Source: Lingula anatina
Taxonomy: Eukaryota > Animalia > Brachiopoda
Assembly (NCBI GenBank): GCA_051362555.1
Contig: CM120640.1
Span: 32,259,967 to 32,323,966 of the forward strand
Length of the DNA stretch: 64,000 bases
Direction of reading: 5' to 3'
Part shown: positions 47,661 to 62,000 of the stretch, in pieces
How the letters are laid out: every line of letters starts with the position of its first letter
How positions within the stretch are numbered: position 1 is the stretch's first letter
The notes under the pieces: generated by a model
What the model saw: the letters and a program-made list of their open reading frames with translations, nothing else
The model's database searches: none
Told to the model about the DNA's origin: nothing
Position numbers and translations under genes: made by a program

Positions 47661-48865
47661 CACCTAATTTGAAGATGAATTGGTTATCAGGTTTTCACAA
47701 GTGTAGCGAGGGGATGAAATCGCCGCGATCTGAGAGGTCGTATGGATCTTTAGGGAAGAGTGAAACAAAACAATTTGTCAAATGAAGAAATTAAAAAAGC
47801 AAAGACCAACTTATTGTGCCTTCAAAAGAAGCAATAGAAGGTTTGGGCCTGGATTTAGTCTCTCAGAGACCTTTTAAAACATCTCTGTCTTCAGACCATG
47901 TTCACGTAAGGACCAAAAGTGATAATCTGCTTTGCAACCGGGCGGTTTATGGCGACGAAAGTTTTCGTCGTAATCATCATCAAAATCATCATCACCCCAT
48001 CACAAATGTCAACTTTGTGGTAAGTATGCTTCAGCCGATGCTTGAAAAGTGATGTGACAAAGTGTATACTGCAAAATAAACCCCTTCCCTTCACATCCAT
48101 TCACTTCCTACTGTAGATGCCATCTTGTCTTATTAGGCCTATATTGCATATCACTTTAAGTTGTGAAAATCGGAAATGAAAAAGAAAATTCCAAGTAATG
48201 AAGATCTTCTGCTGTATAATCAAAGTCGATTGTGTTCATTGTACGCTAGAGGGGGCCTGCTTTTCAAATTACTCATGACATCAGCAGAAACTGTATCATG
48301 ACGCAAAGGTACGAGCCTACAAATAGGCAACTTATAAGTCCCTACGAAAAGAGGCCATTTCAGTGTTAGGGATTAATCGTACGTGTAGTAATAATATCGG
48401 AAGGCAGACCATCTTCAGAGTCTGACAAAGATTGCAAGTGGCAATAAAGAAAACAATATCCTCAGTCGACATCCGAGGAAAATTACAAAGAGAAAAGACA
48501 GTATATTAGATGATTACAGGATTTAGATGGTTCAAACCGGTCAACCTTTTTGTCTGAGAATTCCAACCATGGTGTTGGGCAAAATGTAATTATCTTAACA
48601 ACAGTCGGATTGCATATTGGATCGAGTTATGAGTGCAGGTGTAAGGTCTATATAACAGCGATATACTAGGCTTTTAAGCAAATTTCTTTCTTTCGTTAGA
48701 TTAGAATATAAACCAAGCAATTTGTCTGGAATCGTATTAAGGCAAGCTTCGAATAGTTTTTGGAACAGTTTTGGAACAGTAAGATGGTATACCAGATTGC
48801 TAACTGACTAACGGCTGTCCTCTGCGGAATATTAACGTTCACTTCTTGTAACATTGTCCTCCCCG

Positions 48866-48891
48866 ACACACACACACACACACACACACAC
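48866..48891. repeat. (AC)n microsatellite
   Basis: Perfect dinucleotide run. Confidence 0.93.
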
Positions 48892-51064
48892 TGAAAAATG
48901 ATTAAAGAAGATACAAAGGAAACACCCCTTCTTGAATTGGAAATTAAGGGAAGCGATTGGCTGAGGTAAGAGAACTTATTGGCACATTTTAACTTTTTTC
49001 TTCCTTTCTTGTCAGCACAATCTGCTTCCCTAACGTAACGCCTAACGTTTGTAGAGCTTTCGGAAAAATGACGGCCTTCTGATAAGGTCTCTTGGTATGA
49101 AAAAAAAACCATGTGCCTTTTACGTTATTAGATTTGCCAGCGGTATGTCAACTGGGGACAAGTCACAAGTCTTACAGCGACTATTGCTCTTGATTCATCG
49201 AATCATGGCTGTGTAACTCTCGTGACTGCTGCATATAGCTGTACCAGTTCCCAAAGGACCCTTTACCTGAGTTTAACTCAATAAACCAACGCTTTTTATT
49301 CCTTAATCTGCTTGCCTGTGAAGAGATAATACACAAACTGCATGATTGATTTTTTTCTCCTATGTCACTAATAAGACATAGCCAAAGTACCCGAAAAATT
49401 AAACCAAAACGCTTTTTATATAAAAGATCTACTGTGTTTTGTACAATCATTGTTCATGTGAAATTTAGAACAAATGGAAAATAACTATGAACCCTGTGCA
49501 CTGTGAGGCCATGATAATTGGCAACACGCCTAAAACTAAATTAAAAAAAAAAATTTTGAAAATGAACGCCAAACTAAGATTTCTTACTTCTTTCTTTCGC
49601 TTGGACTTGAAGATTTTTTCCTACCTTTTAGCAAGAACATTGTAAAGTTCACTTCAGGGAATTCAATGGTAAAACAATCAATTGTTTGTTACTCCAATTA
49701 CTTGAAAACACTTTCGAAGAAGAAACCAGTTCTAAGAAAAGACCCAGATCGGTGAGCAATGATAGAGCAGATCATATTCCATCTCGATTTTGGACTTCTA
49801 AGAAAACCAATATGTTATATAAGGCAAAAAGGAAGTAGAACAAAGCTGACTGAAAATGCTTTTGGCAATTAAATAATACATTGCCTTCGATATATATAAT
49901 TGCAGATAATTGTTTAAATGGCTTGCCTTACGCATTAAAAATAATGATAAGCCTTAATACATTTTAGTATAAAAAAAGGCTTTTAACCGGTACTGGATTA
50001 TGGTTGTCATTTGTGGCTTTAATTTAACTAGTTAATCTTAGAGAAGAATGCATCGTCTTATCTCTGCCTAAAGCCCATTAATGAGCTTCATTTAAATCTG
50101 TTCATGTTATCATATTAAAAAAAGCACAACCAGTCTTTTTTTTATTTGTACCACACATAAATACACATCTATCTTAAGGATGTTGAAACCCTTTATTATC
50201 ATCCAGAGACCGAAAGTAAAGTTTTTGGTGCATCTAGTTATTCAATAATGAATCTATCTTTGTGCTGATTTAGAATCGGCGTTGAAACGGCCAACGTGGG
50301 TGCTCATGTAAAGGAGATATTTGAGAAAAAGATTTTTTTCATTTTTACCCCAAAATTGCAATTGTGACGTCACCCGTAAGATGACATATGTTAAAATGTT
50401 AATTTATTTAATCATTGAACACTGAAGATTTATCTTTTACCAAAAAGAAAGTATGTAAGGCAGTAAATAAGGTGTTTTGGGGCGAAAGGTGACAATATCA
50501 TTAAGAAAGTAGTTCAGATCATTAGAATAGTTGCATCAACTTTCACATACTAGTTGTTCGCTGAACATGAAGACCACAGGCTAGTTTTATTTCGCATCTC
50601 AGCGTACCCACTTTACAGGTTTTAACAATGCCAATCTACCGTTGGCCATTAAAGGAACTGATTCCTTACTATGAAATGCTGATTGATAATTGCTTGTCAG
50701 AATGTCTGACGGAAACCATTTCATTCTTCGAAGTATATTCATCTTCTATCCTTAGAGCTGACCTTTCTGAGGCATCAAAGACGCCGTTCCTTTCTGAAAC
50801 AATACTTTTACACTTAAATATCTCACCGCCGTCAATCAATCAAAAGAATTAAGCACCAAGGCAGCAGTGAAGACCTCACTTAATTACAATATTCAGTTAG
50901 GTACAGTTTTGATTCAGTTCATGGTGTTGTATGGATCGAGGCTTTTGCGTAAACAAACATATTAATTGCACAACAAGAGGGCGCCCCTATATAGGCAAAC
51001 ACTAAAAGCGCTCAAATTACGAGTAAAGGTACCAATTTAAAAGATGAAGAACTGGGTGCCAATC

Positions 51065-51425
51065 CTAAAGAGATAACAACTCTCCGTCTTGACCAAAAAA
51101 AAAAAAAAAAGATAATAATAATAGTAAAATGAAATAAAATAAAAAAATAATAATAAAGAAAGATTACCTTGGGATAAACGATTTTCTCATTCTAACCAAT
51201 AGTTAATGAATCCATTTTTAATTTGTTTGTTTGTTTGTTTTTGTTTACGGAAGTACAGCCATCTTTGAAGGTCCACGTGGTCTGATGGCTGGCACAGATT
51301 CCAGAATAATTGCGATAACCGCTGTTTTGATAGTGAAATAGATTTTTTGAAATATTTCTTTGAGTTGTTTACAATTTATTTATCGTGAAATATGAGTTTC
51401 ATACGCACAATTGATATTCCTTTAA
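51065..51425 (+). mobile_element. Older diverged copy of the TTAA MITE family
   Basis: Collinear similarity to 818-1161 (ctaaccaatagttaatgaatccattttta, gtacagccatc, cagaataattgcgataaccgctgtttt, cctttaa). Confidence 0.7.
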
Positions 51426-53499
51426 TGATGCACCAAGAAAAACATCCGTTGTTGGTGGAAACAAAAAGCAAATTTCTTTCAGCTTGACCTAGTTTCGTAA
51501 CGTGGCGCGGATATAGGCCTAAGGAGGTAACCTCGAGACTAGATAGTAAGCTAGAAATTAAGCAGAACTTGGAAGTTTAAAAACTTGAAGTTAATCTGAA
51601 ATTAAACGCATAACGTATACATTTGTTTGCCTGAATCTCAACAATTGCGGCCCCTTGGTAATTGCTCCAGGATACTCTTAAGCAGTGCTGCAGTCCAATA
51701 CGGGCTTCGCCATAGTCTCACGTTAAATGCCACGATTGAGTGTCACGGAATTCTACCCAGGCTTGAGGAATTTCCTTTTGAAAGTATATTGATTTTTATT
51801 GGCAACATATTGACGTATATTTAATGGCAGAATAAAGTGTGTGCTAAAACAATCACTGTATTGTGCTGATCGCATTCGGCAGCATAACTTAGCTTCTCGC
51901 CAACATATTATACCTCCACTCTTGAGTACCTTTAAAATTCACCAAACTGATTTTGTGGATTCAGTGTAATGATGTCAGTTTATATTAAATAATTCTGTCA
52001 TATCAATGTCATTTTACATAAATGATTTATTCTATCTTAAAATGAATATATGAATTTCATTTCTTGAAGTCCGTTTAGCTTCCCCTATCACCCTTCCCCT
52101 CCCAAAAGTGACTGATGTACACATCTGTCATTGCCCAGTGACAACTTGCTGGTAAGTGGAATGAAGCAGGCTGCTTGATAATCGATGTCCATCACAAAGT
52201 AGATTAGGCAAAGGAAATCACAGCAAATTCTCACAGATACTCTTCACTGGATATGCATCGAGGGGAAAAAAAAGAGAAAAAGAAACCCGTGTTATGCAAA
52301 GTGTCAAGATTAAGGTATGATCGTTTCATGAGCAGTCATCTTTAGAGGCTTAACATAATCATTCTTAGTTGAACACTAGTTTGCGTGTCTCCTCACGGCA
52401 ACAAACGGAGACAGAAGCTATATTAAGATGGAGACATTCCTAACAAGTAAAAGCCTGGCACCTATTAAAAGATAATCTCGTTTTTAATGATGTTTTGAAA
52501 TACAACTTTTTGATTAATAAAAAAAAATAATTAAAAACTTATGTAAGGACATGATCATTGATTTCAATCGGTTCTACTATGGATAATAATAATAATAATA
52601 GTAGTAGTTATAGTAATAATGTTAATCATCTTCTCAACGGCACATACAGGGGTAGTGCTCCATTCCCTAACCTACCTTAAGTAGCTGAACATGCTCAAAT
52701 GCACTGCCATCGATGTCCATAGTTCTATCAGTGTGCGAAAATACACACTGGGCATGAACCATCTCATACCTTAAATGCTATAAGTGATTTAATATTCTAC
52801 GGCAATTATCTCGCATGCGATTTTGCATCGATCAGTAGAAAAGCGTAACGTTATTCCTAAGAAGCAGGTCTTTAAGTGCCTGATAGAAATCATTCCCCAC
52901 CATAGCCACAGAAAATTATTGCATAAAACACGAGAAATAGAGAAAAGGGAATGAGGTTTGGTAAACCGCAAGGTTATTAGACCGGCGGACATAGCGCCAG
53001 TAGGGACAAAAAACAACAGTACCGGACGGAAACGTGTACGCCAATACAGTACCATGCTAAAGTGTATGTATTTCCATAGGGTCTAGGACACGGAGTAGGG
53101 TCGGCACCATAAAAATTAAGATCAGCATTAATCTGAATGACAAAAGAAATTGATTCACAATTTCCTAGGCAGGATTTCTAGTAAAACAGCAATAATATAT
53201 AATTTGCAGCTGGGCGTGCGAGTGCTTATTCAGTTGCAAATCTTATTTTCAATATATCTAGTGGAACTTTTCTATCGAGCGTCTTAAAATGAAAACCGTA
53301 TACAAATTGAGTGCAAAAAGCAGGGCTGACAGCAAGAACGAACCATGAAGTCGAGACAATCGGAGCCTCTCAGGAACCCTGCATTTTGTGAAAATTAGAA
53401 AGATAAATGGCAGAAAATTGCGATAGACCATAATAAGGCTTTTTCGTGAATCTATCCTTGCAAAATAATTATTGTGATAAATTTTGGTTGCCATCAGTG

Positions 53500-54073
53500 C
53501 CGGTGTAACATGAAAATCTGACTCCCACGAAAATCTGATTCCCGGAGACAAAATTTCATAATGAAAATCTGACTCCCCCCATGAAATTTTGACTCCCCCC
53601 CCCCCCCCACACACACACACACAAAACTTCATAAATCTTATTTTATTTGAGTATATGACTTTTATCTTGTAGTAAGTGGCAGGGGCGGATCCAGGATTAT
53701 TTGAAGGGGGGTCCGAAACGACAGGCCTCGGATGCGAAGACGACCATCGCCCCCTTGGTGTGGGGTTCGGGGCCTGCTCAATGGCCCCGAAAGATCTTTG
53801 GTGTTTTGGAGAGTAAACAGTGCCCTTTGGTACGGTTTAGAACTATAATTTAGCTAGTCAAATTTCTAATTTCAAGAGGGGATATTGATGTGATATACTC
53901 TTCAGAAACCGAAGGGGGGGGGGGCAGGACCCCCCCTGACCCCCTCTCAATCCGCCACTGGGTGGGGAGTCAAAATTTCATTATTAAACTTTGACTGGGG
54001 AGTCAGATTTTCATAATAAAAATCTGACTGGAGAGTCACCTTTTAGGGGAGTCAGATTTTGATGGTACAACGG
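53500..54073. mobile_element. Non-autonomous DNA transposon with TIRs and reiterated subterminal AAAATCTGACTCCC motifs
   Basis: CCGGTGTAACATGAAAATCTGACTCCC at left and GGGAGTCAGATTTTGATGGTACAACGG at right; the motif is repeated several times in each arm in opposite orientation. Confidence 0.75.
53680..53960. mobile_element. hAT-like MITE nested within the 53500-54073 element
   Basis: CAGGGGCGGATCCAG ... CTCAATCCGCCACTG termini; flanks AGTGG / GGTGG (4/5 match). Confidence 0.72.
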
Positions 54074-54505
54074 TATGACTGGCAATATTTATGAGCACAC
54101 CTATCCAAGTGACATGATATTTTATTTAGGGTATTCCAACAAAGGCAGAATGATTATATACGTCTTTGTCTTTAACACCTATTCAGTCCATGTAAAGCAG
54201 AGAAAGCAGTATCTCATCCATAGCCGTAGTTGAGAAAATTGCTTGACGGCAGCTGATGGGGGCGCTCAGGGTACCCATCTAGACGCTGAAACTGAAGGAA
54301 AAGTAAGAGATCTTTAAAGACTGTGCGAAAGAAAATGATTAAGATTTTATATAGACCCCACCCCCCAGAAAAAAAACATTTTCCAAAATCTTGGAGGTGG
54401 AGAGGGATTGGCTTTGATTTCGCCGCTTGGTTCCTTTCCTGGAAACCCTAAGCCGGTCCAGCAAGCTTGAACTACTTCTATAAAATTATCGACTTTGAGC
54501 GAGGT

Positions 54506-54625
54506 GACTTCTTAGCTAATTCGACCCGAAGCTGGGAGCTGGGATAACTGACCGACGCCGGAGGCGGTCGTGGGTTCGATTCTCAGCCGAGGCCTTTCAA
54601 AAATAAAAATAAATAAATAAAAATT
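54506..54625 (+). pseudogene. Degenerate tRNA-like sequence / tRNA-derived SINE head with A-rich tail
   Basis: A-box-like TAGCTAATTCG, B-box GGTCGTGGGTTCGATTCTC, 3' CGAGGCC then TTT and an (AAAT)n tail; stems are broken and no anticodon can be assigned. Confidence 0.5.
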
Positions 54626-56269
54626 ATACCTTCTGTTACCCGACCAATATTGACCTGCACGTGACTGCTCTCGACCAATCGGTGAACGTCAAAATTTGTG
54701 ATTATACTAAATTCTACATTTTACTGTACGTTTGCCTCCATAGCTTGATTCTTTTGTCACTTGACTATTCGCCTTTCAAATCTATTGAGTTTTGAAAATT
54801 ACTAAGAAGTAAAAAACTGTCTTAAGATTTTGTTCACAGGATAGGCCTATAAAATATCGTTTTTTGATACGAAATTTATAAGTGTTTATTGCATATATAG
54901 AGATCATTTCAAGATCTTATACAAATTCAAAAGTCAACGAACACCAAGTCGTTATGGGTTATAGTGGTTAAAATTGGCGTGAACAATAATTGTTTCCCCT
55001 CGTTTGAATTTGGAGGTAAGACCTCATTGACTAGCTCATCCACAGTGTCCCAATTGACGCAGACTGACAGACATTAACCGACGCCATGCTCTTTGTGGCA
55101 ATCTCAGCTTAAGCTAAGCATATCACGCAAAAGGACCGTTTCAGATAAGCATTATTCGTTGAGTTTAACTGGTTCGTCCTATTCATTAAATGGATGTAAA
55201 GGTTATAGTTGTTTGCATTGGCATTGTAAGGTGAGCGACCTTGCTTTAAATACACTTTTGATAAACGCCAATTCCGTTGTTCAAATGTTGTCTTAAATGT
55301 CAGGATATAAGTGAATCTGAGAGCCAGCCCATCTTTCAATAAGGAATACATACATTTCCCCTCCAATATAAACAATTGCATTGAGGCGTGCAGGCTATTG
55401 TTGTCTCAATTTAAACCAAATTACCCAAGTGCTATACTCCAAGAAATAGGTTACGCATACTGCTAAATGTCTAGTAACAACTGCTGCGTGTTTACGATAT
55501 TGCATAAAGACAGTTGTGAAAGTTAGAGAATTAGACTAAATAGATTTTTTTGTTTAAAAAGCCGAAAAACTTTATTAAATATTTAAATTAGGACTTCAAC
55601 GCCAAAATTTAAAATAGTCTTGAACTGAGTATGGACTGTCGCCCATAATGTTGATGGATTTGCTTTCTAATTTATCCAAGTGTGCAGATCTTCACCAATT
55701 ACAATGGTGGCTGTTTCCATTATCTTTTCCAATTTGCCCCTTTCTTTGACTGATGCAAGCTCGCATTATACAGTAACCCCATAGGTTCAAATACTTTGTA
55801 CGTGTATTTATAAGAGACAGAAGTACATAGAGAAGATAGAGACATACATAAAGTAGACTCAAATAGACTCAAATTAGCTTTTAGCTTTTTCAATTTTTTT
55901 GTGGCTACATTTTTAAAAATTTTTGTCATTTATTTATAAAATCCACAAATACAGCTGCCCAATCATAGTCATAATCATAATCGTAATAATAAGATCTTAA
56001 ATTAGAACAATTGATCGTGGGTGATAAGTTCTTTTTGTTTTAATCCGATAATTTCACAATTTTGTTATGCCTTTCTATTTGATCATGACCGAAAGATATT
56101 TTCACTTTAACTTCGATTTCTGTTGAATAATAATGACATATTTCCAGTTTTACATTCACAAACGCGAAGCCCCGTCACCATTATACTTTATGACTGTAGA
56201 CTTTTTGCTCTTAAAAACTACATGGCCATTACCCTCTATGATCTAAATGTATTCTTGCAACCAATCAAG

Positions 56270-57670
56270 ATCACATATTAACAGAAGGCGTTTACTGCAA
56301 TCAGTCCACCCCCTAGTCAGAAGTTATTTTTCCCCCCTATACTCTTAACGTTTAGATTGACGGAACCAAATTTTAACCTTTTCAGATGAAAGCCCATATA
56401 CGATTTCCTTTTAGTGTTCTACGGGTACCTTGACCGTATGTGCATTCATAAGTGAGATATTGGCCACTGAACTCTGACAGATCCAAATGTGACCTTTCTG
56501 GATAAAGTAAGGTCATCAACAAGGCCCATTATATGGTGTCCTATAAGTGTTCTATATAGGTATCTACAGTCAGAACAGAGAAATTAGACATTTAATATTG
56601 GCGGATCCAGATTGTACCTTTCCGTATCACCCCCAAGTGGTCTTGTAGGAAAACTCTTATATGTCTTACTGTCCGTCGACAATGGTAATTATATGCTTAT
56701 CTGTGATAGCTCTCGACCGATTATAAATTGCGATCGGATTCCTTTAAGACACAATATTTAATTCTGTTCTGGATCTGAAGGGTCTCAATTTCACAAGTAT
56801 TCAATCTTTTAAACCATGCGTACAGCCAATAGCGATGCGTCATATATGCGTATGAAAGGGGAGGCTTGTTGTACAGCTGAACCACCTGATACTGGTTTCA
56901 AAGATCTGGAATCAAAAATGACGCCACAAGTGACAACTCAAAATGGCCGAAAGCTGAATTCGTTTTCGGTTCCCAAATCCGGATTGCTCATTCGATTCCA
57001 ACCAAACCTTAGTAAGTCATGCACCATCCTAATGTGATAACTCATATAGGTAGAAACACTATAGCATTCATTTTTGCGGAAAATATTAACATTAATGGTC
57101 CTTAAAAGGGTGTTTCAAAGTGAAGAAGCGCGATTTTTAGACCTTCCTGGATCCAGATGCCTCTTGGCACAGTAACAAAAAATGTGACCCCATATATCTA
57201 CAGCGAACAAGAAGTCAGTTGAATGATACTGACTTTTTAAAAGTCGCAAATGGGCTTTTCAATGTTAAAATTTAAAATTTGCTTTAAAAATTCATTCTGG
57301 ATCCTATCCAAACGCGGTTTGTTAGTACAGTTCCCCACCCCATACATGTGTGCCAAATTACAAAAGAATTGGCAAAGAAATATTGGAGATATGATGTTTT
57401 GAAATTTTACGCAATGTAATATCTTAAAATTTCATAATTTTTTGTATCCAAAATAAGGTCCGGGTCATCACCAAGATTTGGTGGTCATGTCCGAGTACCA
57501 GTACAATTATTCAGAGTAGGCCTACTGATCGATATCTTCAGAATTGTGAGACAAGAAGTGCAAACAGACAAACAAACAAGCAAACCGACTGACGAACATA
57601 TTTCGAAATCCTCGAAGAGGACTTTTGAAGTAATAAACGGAACCCATAACATAACCTACTGTCGGAGGAG
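56270..57670 (-). mobile_element. Degenerate Helentron/HINE-like repeat relic
   Basis: (CAAA/CAGA)n microsatellite at ~57561-57585 followed by hairpin-like ends (tttcgaaatcctcgaagaggacttttgaag; ataacctactgtcggagg); boundaries approximate. Confidence 0.4.
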
Positions 57671-59015
57671 AATCTGGAATTCAGAGAAGCTCAACCTGTC
57701 TTTTTAATTCCATACAAAGATCTATGTGTCATGATATTGACCCCACTCTTGCTTAAATACCATAAAATCTCGCTTAATTTTACAGTTATTCGTGAAACTT
57801 CGTGTTATCTTGGTGGACTATCAATCGCCATGGGCTTCGATCTATCACTGATATACACTTGTGCGTTATAAACATGAGTCCATACTTAATACCTACAGTA
57901 TGGTGACATACACCTGTTAAATGCATGTGTGCTTGTAATTAATGATTTTCAATAATAAGATTATCCAGGTTCCAGCGATCTCTTAATCCGAACACGGATT
58001 TGGGGAAATCAGAACACGTTGTAAAGCACGCGTCTGGTTATTCTGGATTCATGAAATCTTTGGTCATTTTTGTGTATGTGGTAGTCGATCTGGATCAATT
58101 TTTACAAGGAACAATGAAGTCAAAACTTGGTCGTTACTTCTATGATTAAGATTTAATTTGATATAGCAATTTTGTGGTCCAAAATCTTGGTAACTGTTAT
58201 TTACAGAAACTCTTTATATATTTATTTTGTCGTTGCACATTTATTTGATAGTTATTTACTAAACTTAGAAATACAACTGTTTGACTCATAAAAATGAAAC
58301 GGTTCCTTGAGTACACTATCGTTGAGGGCGATTGTGAAATATTTTGACAATAACAGGCGTCGTCGTTTTCCCTGCTTAGAATTTATTATGAGAACTCACT
58401 GACCCAAGCTTATCACCCTTAGCAGACTGAAAGACACATTGCCTGACGCCACCTTTAACTCTTTCTGCCTAATGTAGTAATAGACTGCACCAAGTCTTTC
58501 GGATATTAATTCTTTTTTGTTTTCATAAAAAAGAGTTCGTCATATTCACAAAAATTCCAAAAGGTCATACTTTCATACATTGCCAGTCTGGCACGCTTGG
58601 TATACAGTTGGTAAGCACCACCTTCAGTTTAGGTAACTTTGATTCACAAGGGTGATTAAACAGATAAATGGCAGTCTTTAGTGATTATGAGTGCGGAGAT
58701 ATTTTAATCATTGCAGGTATTCTCTTAAATGCCAGCATTGAAAGGAGTCCAGCAGACAGTCAGTTTCTACCTGAGACCCTTCTAGCTGTAACAAAAGCTG
58801 TAAAAGGACCTTCAACCGATTTTCTAACTGCTAGGAGGGCCTCTGATAGAGTGTGCCAGACAATCAATATTTCGATGAGGACTACGTGAATATGCCTACA
58901 ATATAAGCAATTGGTTTTAGGCATGTTGGTCATTGTTGTCTCATTTAAAAACCAAGTACCCAAGTTGTAAACTTTGGCAACGGCCTGCGTATGCAGGGAA
59001 ATAACTTTTCTAGGA

Positions 59016-59083
59016 ACACACACACACACACACACATACACACACACACACACACACATATATACACACACACACACACACAC
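59016..59083. repeat. Imperfect (AC)n microsatellite
   Basis: Dinucleotide run with TA interruptions. Confidence 0.93.
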
Positions 59084-62000
59084 TTCACGCAAAGTAGTCT
59101 TTAATTCTGATTTTTCTTCATTTTGAATAAACTGCAGAACTGGGTAATTAAAGCTTGAGTCGTAGATAACCCCAAAGGTGGTAAAATCAAGCTACGGTAA
59201 ACGCACTTTCCAGTCTCTTTTGAAACTCTCAAATAGTCTCACTAACAGGCTTCACACCTTTGCCACCATAAAACAGTAATACCGCAAGTGATTGCTTGGC
59301 AAAGCCAAACTTCATAGACTTCTATATGTAAATAAATTACAGTGGCACCCGTATTGGAAAGCAAGCTGACAACGTGTGAGTTACAGGTCTTGTGTTGTAG
59401 AATGTAACACCGTAGGTATTGCCATATGCCCTTTTTAACTGTACATGGTAAATGATGTGTTTTTGGGCGCACTCATAAAGCACGTTGTACAGCACGTGTA
59501 AGGTTAATTAAGTAGACTGCAAAGATTTTTTATGGTTTCTCCGGCTGCGTCAGCAGAAGTGTAACTGATGTGCGTGACCGGTCACATAAGTATCTGCCAT
59601 GAAAAAGAATTCTGATGTGAATTCTTAGCAATATTTTACTTTTTGAGCAGCAGTGTTTACAACTGATATATTTTTTAATTGTGGATGGAAACTTGGGCGA
59701 ATTGGTTTTTATTAGACTAAGGTGAAAGTGAAGATCACTCCCAAGTTATTTTGTTAGTCAGAGTGGGTGTGGTTAGCATTTAGTAAAAAATAAATAAATA
59801 AATAAATCGGCAAAGGGGTGAGGCGATAACGGTTAAACCATATATTTGGAGTCGGACGGGGGTCTAGACTGGCTATCAATATTAATAAATTGTCTTATTT
59901 ACGGTATGTTAGGCTCAAATAAGTGTGCAGGATTTATTTACCCCCTGCTTCCAACTTTTAAGACCTACGTGGTTGAAAAAATTAGGGGGGGTCACCCCCA
60001 CCCCATGTGCACCCCAGGCTTGTATTTCAATTCTATTCTGTTGGAATCAGTTGATGTATGGTTTAAGAAGGCGATTGGTGCCGTTTTAAATTATTCCATA
60101 GACGTCAATAACACGCAGCCAGGGCGCACACGCAACAAGCGAGCATGTAAGGTAATTTAAAAAGGAGGATACCGATCTACATGTACGTGGGCTCTGAAAC
60201 CTAGACTGTGGCTTATCCGACTTACGCACTTCATCGAAGTTAGAGCCAACAGCTAATTCTCATTGCATAGTAGGCCTACATGTGTTACACCGCTACTGTA
60301 ACATTGGTAAATTGACTAAATTGACTAGGGCCAAATTTCGATAGCGATCGTTCGTAATTTTTACATTATTCCGATGTTGGCCAGCAGTTATGAATATGGT
60401 TTTAAATGGATAAGGCCTCATTTCCAGAAAGCGATCTTTTTAATCGATAAACTTAAATGCGCATAGTCGAGACTGGTGCATACAGCCATGCCAGCGGAAT
60501 TTAAGCATGTTTTATCTCCTGATCTTTTCAATCATTTTTAACGCGGCATCTACGCAGAGAGCGAACTCATAAATCACAGCATTCGGAATACCAGTAACAA
60601 TAAGTTATAAGCTCGCTTGCGTTTCAAACGGAAGACAGAAGCCATAAGCCAGGTAGACGGTAACTGGAGATTTTTTACTTTCCACCCATCAAACCTTTCT
60701 TGCTTGGAAACCGAATTTTCGAGTCCCGAGGTGAATATCAACTCCAAGAGCTACGTGTATCTTGGTGTAGTCTTCGAAACGTGGGGGTTTTATTGTTGGT
60801 AAGTGTTGCATTTCTGTTCATTGTGCTGATCTTTTTAATATGACATCATTTAGTGTATACCGAATCTGTAGAACAGTTAATCTCCTTATGAAGTTCTTAA
60901 TTATTGCATTTTAATTAATATAGATCATTTGATCGAAAGTGGGACATTTTTACCTGTGTGCCGTAGCGAGTGCGTTTGCTCTCTTCTAGGTAGGGGCACT
61001 TGTTCAAAACAGTGCATGTGTAAAATGGTTGGTCTATCACAAGTCTTGAAATGACCAAATCAGATAAAAACCAGTATATACTGCTTTTTTGTTGTTGTTG
61101 TTGAAAAAAGGTTATGCTGCATATAATAGAATGATATTCAACAAGAACGAAAACCACTTCAACTCTTTAGCCTTTTCTCGTTACTCTTTCCAAATCCTCT
61201 AGGCAGCAACAGTGATTGTTTTTCCCTCTTCTTTTTTCTAAATTAATGCCAGAAAACAATAGTTTTACCCGCATTCTGCTTCCATTGTCTGGTTTTTAGA
61301 TTTAAGAAAAGAGGAACTCGCATATCTGTTTTAATTGTATTGTATTGTATTCTGTTAGCAAAGACAATGTTATGTTACGCAATTCAATGTTGTTGCGTGT
61401 TTTTGAGCAATATATTCATCGCAATCAGACTTTCGAAAGTGATTTTAAGTTTTTTTCTTGTCAATTTTTGTACATTGTGGCTTGTTGATGACCAATTAAT
61501 ACCCTGGGGTTTTTCCGTGGGGGCTGATTGGGAAAAAAGCCAGTAATCTGCACATAACTGGCCTCTAAGGCAGTGAATCGAAACCAATGTACAATTACCA
61601 TTATGTCCTCAAAAGACCCGGGCACAGATAGATAGATTTAAACTGCTATCAGTGACAGATGTTTAGATTTCCAAGTCAACTTGGGGTTTATTGTCTCCTA
61701 CAGCTACATTATATTGTGGTTTACTTTGCACTTGGGAACATGTTTGGATAGAATTCGTGGAACATCACTAGTGGGAAGAAACAGCAGTATTTGTGTCAAT
61801 TCGTTTACATTTCAAACAATACGTCATGTCATGGTGATATCTTGAAAAGCAGTTTTTTTATTGCGTAAAATGTACGTGTAGATGGAATGGCCGTATCTCT
61901 TTTTATCTTCACATGCAATAACAAAAGAAACTCGCTTCCTTCTCTTTGATGTAATAGACAGAAGGTATTCGATTTGGGGCCATCTTTCAGTTGCCTCTTG

